Assembly: GCA_022813965.1 (NCBI GenBank)
Contig: JALDZS010000113.1
Location: 55,464 to 75,463, forward strand
Length of the DNA stretch: 20,000 nucleotides
Source: Toensbergia leucococca
Taxonomy: Eukaryota
Direction of reading: 5' to 3'
Under the pieces are notes generated by a model that searched no databases, was not told where the DNA came from, and saw nothing but the letters and a program-made list of their open reading frames with translations. Positions 10,463 to 20,000 of this stretch are shown here, in pieces. A program made the position numbers and the translations under genes. How positions within the stretch are numbered: the stretch's first letter is position 1; each line of letters starts with the position of its first letter.

Positions 10463-11326
10463 TTAGCCACTCTGCTTTCCCTCTTTTAACCTTCTCCCCA
10501 CTTCTTCGGTTCCCCCTTCCCCAAGTCCAACCCACATATTCACCCATTCCCTCGCCTGCTCTATTTCCTCCCTACTAAAGTTCTCCTCGCCCTCCCTCTC
10601 AATATAAATAGTTCGCAATCCACACTCCTTTGCAGCCTTCAAATCCCCTAAATGCGCTGCCACCATTCCACATTCCCCGGGGTCCAGTCTCAACTTCTCT
10701 ACCGCGCCCAGGTATACTTTGAATGAAGGTTTATAGGCGCCAAAGTCCTCGAAAGCGGAAAGTATGTGGGTCCATGGCAAATGGGCATACTCGGCCATAT
10801 CAGACAAGAGGGAGCGATTACCATTCGAGAGCGCAACCGTCTGGATTCCCTGAGCATTAAGCACACGAACGCCTTCGGATGAATCAGGCCACGGATCCAA
10901 AAAGTGCCAAACGCGCGATATTTCTAAGATCTGGTCAGGAGGGAATAGGCCTTTGAGACCGCGTTCATCCAAGAGTTGAACTAGAGAATCATGATGATGC
11001 TCATCTATCGTTTTGGTAGGAGGGTTGGAGTGGTCAGAGTGGAATTGTGTGAAGATGCCATAAGACTGGCGCCAGGCAAGTGCAAAGGTAGACCAAGAAG
11101 TTGTCGAGGCTTTGAAACGGAGGGTAGAGGGAATGGAGGTGGTGGGCGAGGAGAGGATAGCGGAGGCATGGCTACTGAGGCAAGCAGTGACTGGGGGATG
11201 CCAATTCACAGTTGTACCAAAGACCTGTCGGGGAGGTTTATATTAAATGAATGTTGATGATTTAGGGGAGAGGAGACAAACGTCAAAGAAGAGGGCTTTA
11301 GGTTGAGAGGACGAGGCATAGGACAT
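10463..11326 (-). CDS. Haloacid dehalogenase type II (HAD superfamily hydrolase), 268 aa. Exons 11326-11282, 11224-10463
   Basis: Removing the intron 11225-11281 (GTTTGT...CAG) reconstitutes motif I, KALFFD|VFGTTVNW. Also present: WR in the cap, WHFLDPWPD, motif II ALSNG, motif III YKP and motif IV MVAAHLGDL. Confidence 0.9.
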
Positions 11327-12489
11327 GATGAATGGAGGTTGGACAAAAAGTATTGTGAGGGGACACGGGGGAGTATTTGGTGTAGGGGGTGTGACGTTAG
11401 GCTAATCATGTTCACTGATTAACGAGGTTATTTCTGGACTATTGAGAATTGAGCGATTCAAGGGATTATTGTAAAAAATGATGTCAGTCCGAGGGATTTA
11501 TCACCTTACGGTGATTTATTTTCGTGGACTCCTTAATGGCAGCCATGTACCTAGAAAACGTTACCCCGCTGAGGAAGTCTAATTGTTCGGAAGCTTTAAA
11601 TCTAAAATCCCTTTTGGAACAACTCATATTATGTGACGCAGACACGATTGTACCCCAATTTGTGACGAAGCTGCATGAGTCGTTTCGTCGTCCAGTGACA
11701 TAATTCAAATGCAAACAGAATCACGGATACACATGCCGCTGGGTTAAATGATGGGCGAATGTGATCATATCAATATCACCATGGGTAATTCGTGATGATT
11801 TTAATTATTAAATCACACACGGCAATTCTCACTTTCCTCTAGACTACCCCAAAGAAGCGATTCGTCAATCTTGGTCGTCCAGTCTGAAACATGGATCACC
11901 AGTCAGCGGTTCCAGGGTAGCTTTCCCCGGTCCCACTACTTGTCTACTTCTACCATACCTTAGCCTGGGGACAAGGCTGGGGACAAGCCTGCAGCTGCAC
12001 GCTTGCACTCCACCCGTTGATCCTTCTCTCAATATCCTTAGCCGCTAGGGATCACTCTTGCCTAGATAGGGCTCCTCCCCCCAACCACCAGGCTCGCTGA
12101 TTCGTCGCAGTAGACGACTAGACATGGCCTGGCCTGAGCCGGCGTCGGCTTCAACCTACCCTAGTGCCGGCAAGCTGTCTCGCACTGGCCACCAGCTACT
12201 TACTAGCTAAGGTACCATGCTGCTTGAGTCTCCTGTTGGACGGTGCTACCAATAATTGGTGACCACGCTGTCATTCCCACGTTGGATCTCTGACTTCATT
12301 CGCCGTCCTACCTTCGTCTGTTTCGTTGGTGAGCAATGGACACTGCGTATACACGGTGAGAGGCTGGAGGACTGAAATGCCCTGTTGTTGTTGGGCCTCT
12401 GTACATGTCCGGCGGTAGGAACCCTCTGTTTCGTCACACAATCTGTTCCACTTTCAGGTACAATCTCTTCGCAGATAACCACCTTGTCT

Positions 12490-13083
12490 GTCAGTATGCC
12501 TGCCGATTACACCTCCAGAATTCGTTGGTCTACTGTCTCGTGTAACCTCGTACACTGATACTGCATGCAGTACCTATAAGCCAATCCAAGCCATTCCTCG
12601 GGAAGAACTCCGTCGTTGTTCAATCTGCGCAAATAGGAGACGCCAGTGCGCCTCGCATTTTTGGACGGGATTTTTGCTCAGAGGACCTGGCTGGAAAGAC
12701 ATCAATCAAGCGCAATCTCGAGAACATTGAACCTCTGGAGAGTTCATGATGCAAGAGAAAGCCCAGTGCTGATATACTATGAAGTGAGAACTCGTAAGTG
12801 GAGAATACTCGAGTGCAAAGGTACGTCTCTCTGTTGGTCCTGGTCAGAACGAACGGTCTTTGGATAAAGCCGTCCTTTGTAGCTGACGTGAGGAAGAAGC
12901 AGGCCTAAGGACCTTCATTAGCGCCTCGTACTTCAGAACACCGCCCGGCAGCTGGACCTGCTATGCTCAATTGAGACACTGCATTCACAACGGCAAGTAA
13001 AGCTATACTGGCGCGCGCGGGGACCACGCCTTTCTCTTAGACACCTTGAATTCGAGAGCTGGAGTACTGTGAAACTGGGTCAA
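12490..13083 (+). promoter_or_regulatory. Probable long 5' leader of the Num1-like gene, with two candidate introns and three short uORFs
   Basis: Candidate intron 1: GTCAGT/GTATGC (12490/12494), ACTGAT, CAG ending 12570. Candidate intron 2: AG|GTACGT (12821), GCTGAC (12882), AG ending 12896-12902. uORFs at 12746-12772, 12779-12787 and 12963-12974. Confidence 0.45.
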
Positions 13084-16000
13084 ATGACGCTCGACAATGA
13101 CTACGCTATTCCAGTGCAATCACTGCCTACACCTACGGATACACCGTATCGGACTCCCTCTAGAGGCCTTTCCTGGCGATCGTCACGTCAAGAGTCCACT
13201 CCATCTTCCTCTCCGCCGCCATTTCCTCCGAGTGGAGACTCATATTTCCATGGACGACATCAAAGGAAGGATGCCAGTAATGACGAGAGTATCTCTCCGC
13301 TAGATCCGAGGAGGTTCACTCCAACGCTTCACGCCTCTCTGGTCTCTGAAATCCTTTCGCTGCGTAGAGAAGTCGAGAGCAAGACTGGCCTCCTATCAGG
13401 AGCAGAAGAAAATCTGGACGCTGCGAAAAATGAGATCGAAAGCCTGAACCAGACCGTGAGTAGCCATGCCAAGGAGACACGTTCTTTCAAGAGGCAATTG
13501 CAATTACTCGAGGGTGGCACGTTATCTGCCCTCAGCGAATTGGCAAAAGAACGAGACGAAGCAGTTGAGAGTTTAGGCGAAGCACGAAAACGACTAGAAA
13601 CCTCGCAAAAAAAAGTTAAAAGTCAAGAAGATGAGGCTGAGAGGACTTATGCTTCCTGGGATCGAGACCGACAAATCTGGGAGGCTGGAAAGACGAATAT
13701 GGAAAGGAAGATCCATGTGGTCGAAGGACGTCTCAAGACTGTTCTTGTCGAAGTTGCAGCTGCACACGCCAATGGTCATTTCCAACCTGAAGTTGATAGT
13801 GATGCTGATGAGGGCGCACCCGACACTTGGATTGGTAGATGGAGTGACACTACTAGTAACCGATCTAGTAGTATCAAAGGTCGCGAGAGACTGAGTGGCA
13901 CGAGCAACAGCACCCACGATGGGAGTAGCGGAACAGCAAATACTAGGCTTTCAGCCATGAGTGGGATCAATGGATATGTAGGGACAAAGCTGAACGGTCT
14001 GAGTTTGGCTGAGGAGCTCGAACATGACAACGAGAACGAGGACGATGCCGAAGAAAGCGATCTGTATGGCGGTCACCATTCACCGGATGAGTTGCCGGAA
14101 GAAGCTCAATATAGGCCGAAGTTCGTCTCCATTCAAGCCCGATTGAAAAACGAGAAGGCAAGAAAAGTCTTGGGGCTTCCCATAGAAAATACCGAACATG
14201 CCCTCGCCAAAGATGGGTTGGAAGCTGCGCAGCCTATTCAGACAGAGGAAAAAAGCACGACGACGCCTCAGCAGGTAATAGCAAACAATCAACAGAAAGC
14301 CACGGTACCGCAGTCCACTCGACCTCCATCCTCTGATATGCAAAATCAAGGGGACATTCTTGCTATCGATGAAAAGCATGTAGCATTGCCTTCGACGTGT
14401 GCGGAGCATGCAGCGAACCAAAGCCGCAAGCGCGTGTCCATCAATCCTACACCCTTAGAGCAAACAAATGCTATCAAACCTGTATTGCCCGAAGTGTTAA
14501 AACTGGTTTCTGTGTCTTGCCAGACCATTGCTGAACCGCTTGGCTTTTGTCTAGCGCCAATGGTTACAGAAATATCTCCTACTCCTGCTCCAGTCTCTGT
14601 GCTAGAGCCCGTGGAAATGAAGCCTGCATCCACGCAAACAAACAACGAGAGCGAGCCGCAACTGTCATCTGCATCTAGCCGCGATGAAGATGCCTCTTCT
14701 GTATCAATCCCAGTCATAGCAATTCATCCACCGGGTTCGGCACCGAATTCCCCATTTCGCAACAGCGTTATGCTGCCGCCACAGACTAGAAACGTGGCCT
14801 GCCAAGCGGCAATCCATATTCTGCCATCCGTAAGATCGATTTCCGTACAGACCGAACGAATACGGATTGACAAACGAAACCTGCCGCCAAGATTATTACC
14901 ATCTACCATATCTTCTAAACCACCGTCACCGTCCCGTACCGAGGCGAGTAAGGAGGTGCAACGTGACCGAACATCGCCGCGTAAAAACTCGCGCAGAAAT
15001 CTCACTCGTCCTTTTCCAGCTCAGCTGCCTCCCTCAAGACCAAAGGCGACCATTCGAGATGGTGACAAAGCTCTTCCTAAGAATAACGATATAGGGCCTC
15101 TGGGCAAGGATCCTTTCGCCGTCTTGAAACGCCCAGTGCGGTCCGATGGTCTGTTTACCAGCATCAACGTCGCCAGTGATGAGGGTGTAACTGGAATTGG
15201 AGAGACCGACTTCAGTGACGATGAATTTCGCAATGCAGCTCCTATACGTAAGACACTATCGAAAGCGCAGGGTTCTTGGAAACTGGTCCCTCATTCCACC
15301 GACTCTGTTCTGGGACGACTCGAATCCACACAAGAATCTAGTGTCGAGGAGCCAGAGGTGGCCGTAGAAGAAACACGCTCTAGTAAAGAGTCGACTTCGG
15401 GTCAGATGCGAAATGCTCCAAAGGTTGCCCATCCAAAGAAGATTGAAAAACCAACCAAGCTTAATAGCTTCACCAAGCAACCTAATATCCGACGGACTGC
15501 CCTTATTTCGAGTGGGACAGCAGCACACCAAAAACGTCCAAGCCTCCCAAAAACCTCCAGTGAGACGAGTGCCGGTACGACTTCAGTCCCACCACCATTT
15601 CCTGTGCCTACCCGATCGAGCTCGAGAAAGATACCGTTAAGCTCTAGTGAAGGTGCTCGCAGCCCTACTCTGCAATCTACAAGCTTCTTTCCTGAATCAC
15701 GCAGTCGTGAGAATGAGAGACCTCCAATCAAGAAGAACGTTCTCCGCAAGATCAGATCTGCTACTGCTGTATCTAGGACGGGTCTTGATGAAGCGTCACG
15801 GAGCCGAAGTCGTTCGCCACCACCGCCAATGCCTCCCTCCGCGGCTCTAGAAAGCCCTCAACTACCTCTACTGCCTCGGAGTGGTATCACAATGCAGCAT
15901 GCCTCATATATCCAACAAATCACGGACCGCCCACAGCCATCTTTCGCTTCACATACAAACAACAACTCTATTAGCTCTGCCATTCAGCCGATCAGCGTTG

Positions 16001-17184
16001 TTGATGCCATTGCACAGACCATGGTAGGCGAATGGATGTGGAAATACGTGCGGAAGAGGAAGTCGTTTGGGATAGCAGAAACGCCACAAGCCGAATTTGA
16101 TTCAGGTCGAAGCAATGGCGAGAATGGATCAAACGGTGTTAGACACAAACGTTGGGTCTGGCTTGCTCCTTATGAGAGAGCTGTGATGTGGAGTAGTAAG
16201 CAGCCTACATCTGGGTCGGCCTTGCTAGGCAAGAATGGTCGAAAGCGTCAGTAGATTCTAGGTTTGTTGTGGAAACTTGCTAATGATGGCGCAGTCGCAA
16301 TTCAATCAGTCCTCGACGTCAAGGACGACGCTGCCATGCCTAAAAACTTCGGCCCCAACTCGCAATTCAATCGATCCATCCTCGTCCTCACTCCACAACG
16401 AGCTTTGAAGTTCACCGCAACATCAAAAGAACGACATCATGTCTGGCTAACGGCTCTTTCATTCCTTAGCCACTCCACGTTAGGCATGGAAGATCTTGCA
16501 ACCATACCGCCGATCCCTCAACAGGAATACCAGCGTCCTCCTCGTCCACAGCTGACCGCCACCAGCCTTCGCCGCCACCCCATCCGCGACTCTATCCGTG
16601 TTGCCAAATCAAAATCACGGCCTAGCACAAATGGAGCGCATTCATACACATCATCTGTTCCGGGCATCCAGCAGCAAGCCATCCAAGAAGTAGATTCCCC
16701 GTACCGCGAAAGCGATGTCGTCTCCGACGCCGCCGAACCCCCTCACGTCCCCCGCTTCTCCACCCACACGCGCAACCGCAGCAACACCGGTCCCCGCCCC
16801 GCGCCTCCCAACTCCTTCCGCAGCTTTCCCGCCAACCACCCCTTACCATCAAGTCATGGTTCATACCCTATTATACCCAGAGATCATCAACATACCACTA
16901 CCTCCTTTGGCAACACCATTCCCATTCCTCGGCGCGCGTCCGAGACTACCGTTGCGCAACAGCCTAGCAACTTCTTTGACGCTGTTGGTACGATTAGGAT
17001 GGAGGCTTTTATTGGGAGGAGAGAGGGTGGCGGGCATCTTCATGCTGAGGGTGGGGAAATGAGGCCGCCTAGGAACAGCTATCGTACGAGGCAGGGGAGG
17101 AAGAAAGACTTGAGTTATTGGGGGGTGGAGGGAGGAGAGGGGAGCGTGAATGGGGTCGTAGATGATCCATTTGGGGGGTTTTGA
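13084..17184 (+). CDS. Num1/Mcp5/ApsA-family cortical anchor-like protein (N-terminal coiled coil, long disordered middle, Mcp5-type PH domain, C-terminal tail), 1350 aa. Exons 13084-16246, 16295-17184
   Basis: The 48-nt intron 16247-16294 (GTCAGT...GCTAAT...CAG) joins the two long ORFs as GRK|LAIQSVLDV. The PH domain reads VVDAIAQTMVGEWMWKY...RHKRWVWLAPYERAVMWS...ILVLTPQRALKFTATSKERHHVWLTALSFL, which matches the Num1/Mcp5 PH pattern. A heptad-rich region follows LVSEILSLRRE. Confidence 0.88.
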
Positions 17185-17768
17185 TGCAATACCAAGGGAG
17201 AGGTTTTCCTGTTATTGAGTGCGGTGTTTTTTTATTTCCTTTTTCTTTTCCGAATGGAGAACCGAGGAAAGCGAAGGGGTTGGTGGCGTTGATGATAGGG
17301 TACTTATATTCCCCCCACCCCCACCTCCGGTCGAGTCGGCGGGTTGTTTTTTCTGTCACATCTCTGTAAAAAAAGGGTTCAGCGCTGGCTTCGTTTTCCT
17401 GACTCTTTTCTTAAATTTTATTGTTAATTTGATTTATACCCCCCCCGCCCCCTCCCCTTTTGCTGAGGGAAGGGTTTGAGTGTGTAGTGAGGGATCAATG
17501 TTGATAGCTTGTTTGTGTATATTTATCTGTATTTGCAGGTATTGTATAATCTGTTAGACTGTCAGAGAATTATGAGATTTTTTTTTCCGTTGTTTTATAT
17601 TCGGGTTCAATTCGGGTTCAACAACAAAAGAAGACGAAAAGATCTACTGATTTTTAATTCCACACTTGGAATTTTCGAACCTCAAAAAAGTAGCGGTCAC
17701 GTCCATGATTCTTTAATCCACAAAGCATGCTTTCCTTTCTCAGCCGCCGCATCAACCTTTCCACCCCT

Positions 17769-18337
17769 TTAAACATATTCATTGCCCTTCATCCACCCTA
17801 ATTGCTTCCACATATTCAACTTATCCCACTCCTTCACAAACGAATGTACTTTCCCGCCTTTTACCTCAAAAATGGCCGCCGCACTCCACTTGGCCTTTTT
17901 CCCACTCGGCTCAATCCCATTATGCGCCTCCCCGCAATGCGAGCCCTCGGCGGAATACCTCAGCAGCACGTGGTCGTCTTTGGCGAAGACGATGTCATAG
18001 GAGATGATGTGCAGGTCGGCGATTGCGGACATTACTTTGGCGTGCGAGTCGGCGTAGTCGAGGGGGGAGTGGCAGTTTGGGAAGGTGGTGGGGGCGGTGA
18101 AAGTGCTGGTGGGGGTGCAGAGGTGGGCGACGGAGGAGCGGCCTTTGTTGTCGGTGGGGGAGTAGGCGGTTGACATGTATTGTTTTACTACGGCGATATT
18201 TGTCTGGGGAAAGAGGTTAGTGGGTTGGATAGGTGGGCTGTGAGCGCTGGGGTGGAGAAGAGGATAGGAGTTGAGGATACCTCTTCGGTCTTGGTTTGGG
18301 GGGTAATTGTCTTGGATGGGGGCTGTTCTTCCGTCAT
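17769..18337 (-). CDS. SnoaL-like / ester cyclase (NTF2-like fold) protein, 163 aa. Exons 18337-18281, 18203-17769
   Basis: The intron 18204-18280 (GTATCC...CTAAC...CAG) gives MTEEQ...KTEE|TNIAVVKQYMS. Family pattern: D-x-V-x-x-R-Y...GSHCGE...GIEPSGKK...IFEVKGGKV...WDKLNMWKQLG. Confidence 0.88.
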
Positions 18338-18437
18338 GATGATATATATAACGCTCTGATTTCCAGTGGACAAATTCTTAGGATTCTAAAGATTTGAAGC
18401 TTTGTGTGTCGATCAATTGAATCGATGAGGCTTGCTC

Positions 18438-18461
18438 TACGTCAGTATTTACATACGTCAT
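18438..18461 (-). promoter_or_regulatory. Two tandem CRE-like (TGACGTA) bZIP sites upstream of the SnoaL-like gene
   Basis: tacgtca at 18438-18444 and tacgtcat at 18454-18461 (ATGACGTA on the minus strand), about 100-125 nt upstream of the ATG. Confidence 0.45.
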
Positions 18462-19037
18462 CTGAGCCGAGGGCATTTCCAATTCTTCATTACCTTACCT
18501 CCCTCCTCCTTACCTCGAGGTATTTAATGTCAAGCAATCGACCTTCTTTGCTCTTCAAGGAATATCTCCAGCTCTTCCATTTCCCAATCTTACCTCTGTC
18601 CGTTGAGAATGACTGGAGCATTTGGAAGATGTTCGCAGCCGCGTGCAATGAAAGACTGCATGCTCAACAAATCAATTGTGTCATCGTCAGCCCCAAGATA
18701 GGTCACCGGTGTCATAATGAAGAAGAAAGCTCTAGTCCCTCTAAACGTCCTCTAGGTCTTACACTTGCTTTCTCGCTCACTGCTGAGACATTGGCGCATG
18801 TATTTTCCATCTGCAAATAACGTTGCACCGTTGATTTTTGGGATTCGATCCAGCAATCACACTCTAGCAGAGGTCATTGAACTGAACAAAATCCGACACC
18901 TCGTTCTGCTTATCAACTTGATTTATTACTGCCTGTCACTTGTTCGAGATGCTACTAGATGAAAAGGAATGTATCCAATGTATTGCTCTGCCTGAAAATC
19001 TTACCTACCTAGCACAAAATCTTACTTCCTCCATCCC

Positions 19038-19469
19038 TCATTCCTTGAGATGTGTTCTTGTCATTAAGTGGATCAGTTTCTCTTCGTCAGTCATTTCCAA
19101 GTCTGGGCATAATGCGTGTCGGATTGTCATGTCTCCCCAGAGTCCATCCTTGCGACCCAGAGAAAGATGGTTGCGGACAAAACCAATGACGATGTCGACA
19201 TTAAACTGGTCCCTCTGGCCATCTCCCCCAAGGTGCCGGCTATTCTCTACGATACTAGTAACCGCATCCCAAACGACCGGTGGGGGGAAGGACGGATAGA
19301 ACAGAGGTGGCGGTGATCCTGCCGAGGCGTAATTTGCGTCTTCGTGGATATAGATGCCCCGGGAGTGAGGGTGGCCGATGGGACAATTTAGAGCAGTACA
19401 GGGAGGGGCCCATAAGCCACGGTTCGAACTACTTGCTTTAGAGTTGTTAGCTGGATTCGTACTTGCCAT
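19038..19469 (-). CDS. Small orphan hypothetical protein, 143 aa, with a C-x4-C-P-I-x2-P-H-x2-G-x-Y-x-H motif
   Basis: ATG in good context (ATCATGG), uninterrupted 432-nt ORF, protein-like composition and AT-richer flanks. No family recognised. Confidence 0.5.
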   Translation of the reverse strand: MASTNPANNSKASSSNRGLWAPPCTALNCPIGHPHSRGIYIHEDANYASAGSPPPLFYPSFPPPVVWDAVTSIVENSRHLGGDGQRDQFNVDIVIGFVRNHLSLGRKDGLWGDMTIRHALCPDLEMTDEEKLIHLMTRTHLKE

Positions 19470-20000
19470 GATGCTCGACAAAACCTTCGTGATTCGATCG
19501 TCCAAGTTCTTGAAGAGTTGAGTGAAAATTAGGATTTGGATGATGGTTTGAGAAGAGATCTTTCCAGAGATCCTGACTCCAGCAGAGGCCGTTTGAGCTT
19601 TTGGGTCATAGTGGACATACCCCTTTTATACCCGAATCTTCCATTGTCAATCAGTTCTGCCGGTCGTTCTAGCACTAAATGGAGCACAATTCTTTGTTAG
19701 TGTCTTAAAGTACAGGCTTTGTTGAAGGTACTACAGAATTGAGAAGTACTAATCATGTTTCGCATTTTCTTTATTCTCACACGAATAATCTCTATCTCTA
19801 AAGAGACTATCCGAGCATTAACAAAGCGACTATCAGAATTTGCCATTAAATCCCTGTCCCGTTGTTGTGTTTAGAATATCTCTTTGAATGAGCTTATTGG
19901 ATGTGAGGGTGCTAATAAAGTCATTGTTTGAGTTTATCATAACATCACTTTTTGGTATGGTGTTTTGGTTGCAATGGCATTATCTTTGTCTCTACACCCT

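Noticed and set aside
17802..18173. 123-aa antisense ORF over the SnoaL-like gene
   Set aside because: Antisense shadow produced by biased codon usage.
3885..18337. Possible secondary-metabolite or halo-propionate catabolic cluster (acyl-CoA ligase, HAD, SnoaL)
   Set aside because: The genes are interspersed with housekeeping ras2 and the Num1-like gene, and there is no backbone enzyme, transporter or regulator; no evidence of functional linkage.
18404..18820. 138-aa + strand ORF
   Set aside because: Overlaps the SnoaL promoter, has no recognisable features and a non-ATG annotated start.
19620..20000. AT-richer terminal segment as a possible RIP-degraded transposon
   Set aside because: No terminal repeats, transposon ORF remnants or extreme TpA bias are visible; consistent with ordinary intergenic DNA.

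Overview
Eukaryotic DNA from a filamentous ascomycete (Pezizomycotina; short 48-90 nt GT-AG introns, most with CTRAY branch sites). It is an ordinary euchromatic block of about seven protein-coding genes: (1) an intronless Ser/Thr-rich hypothetical protein, (2) a 4-exon propionyl-CoA synthetase-like enzyme ending in the peroxisomal signal AKL, (3) a 2-exon Ras2/RasB GTPase, (4) a 2-exon type II haloacid dehalogenase, (5) a 1350-aa Num1/Mcp5-family coiled-coil + PH protein that appears to be a paralog of ApsA, (6) a 2-exon SnoaL-like/ester cyclase, and (7) a small orphan ORF with a Cys/His motif. I found no mobile element, RNA gene or gene cluster that I can support. The most interesting signals are in the Num1-like protein: an array of dynein light chain (LC8)-type xQT motifs, FFAT-like motifs, and an intron- and uORF-containing leader. 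Other signals are the peroxisomal targeting of the acyl-CoA synthetase, tandem CRE sites upstream of the SnoaL gene, and a strand-asymmetric low-complexity block at 1-830 that may be an unannotated transcript.
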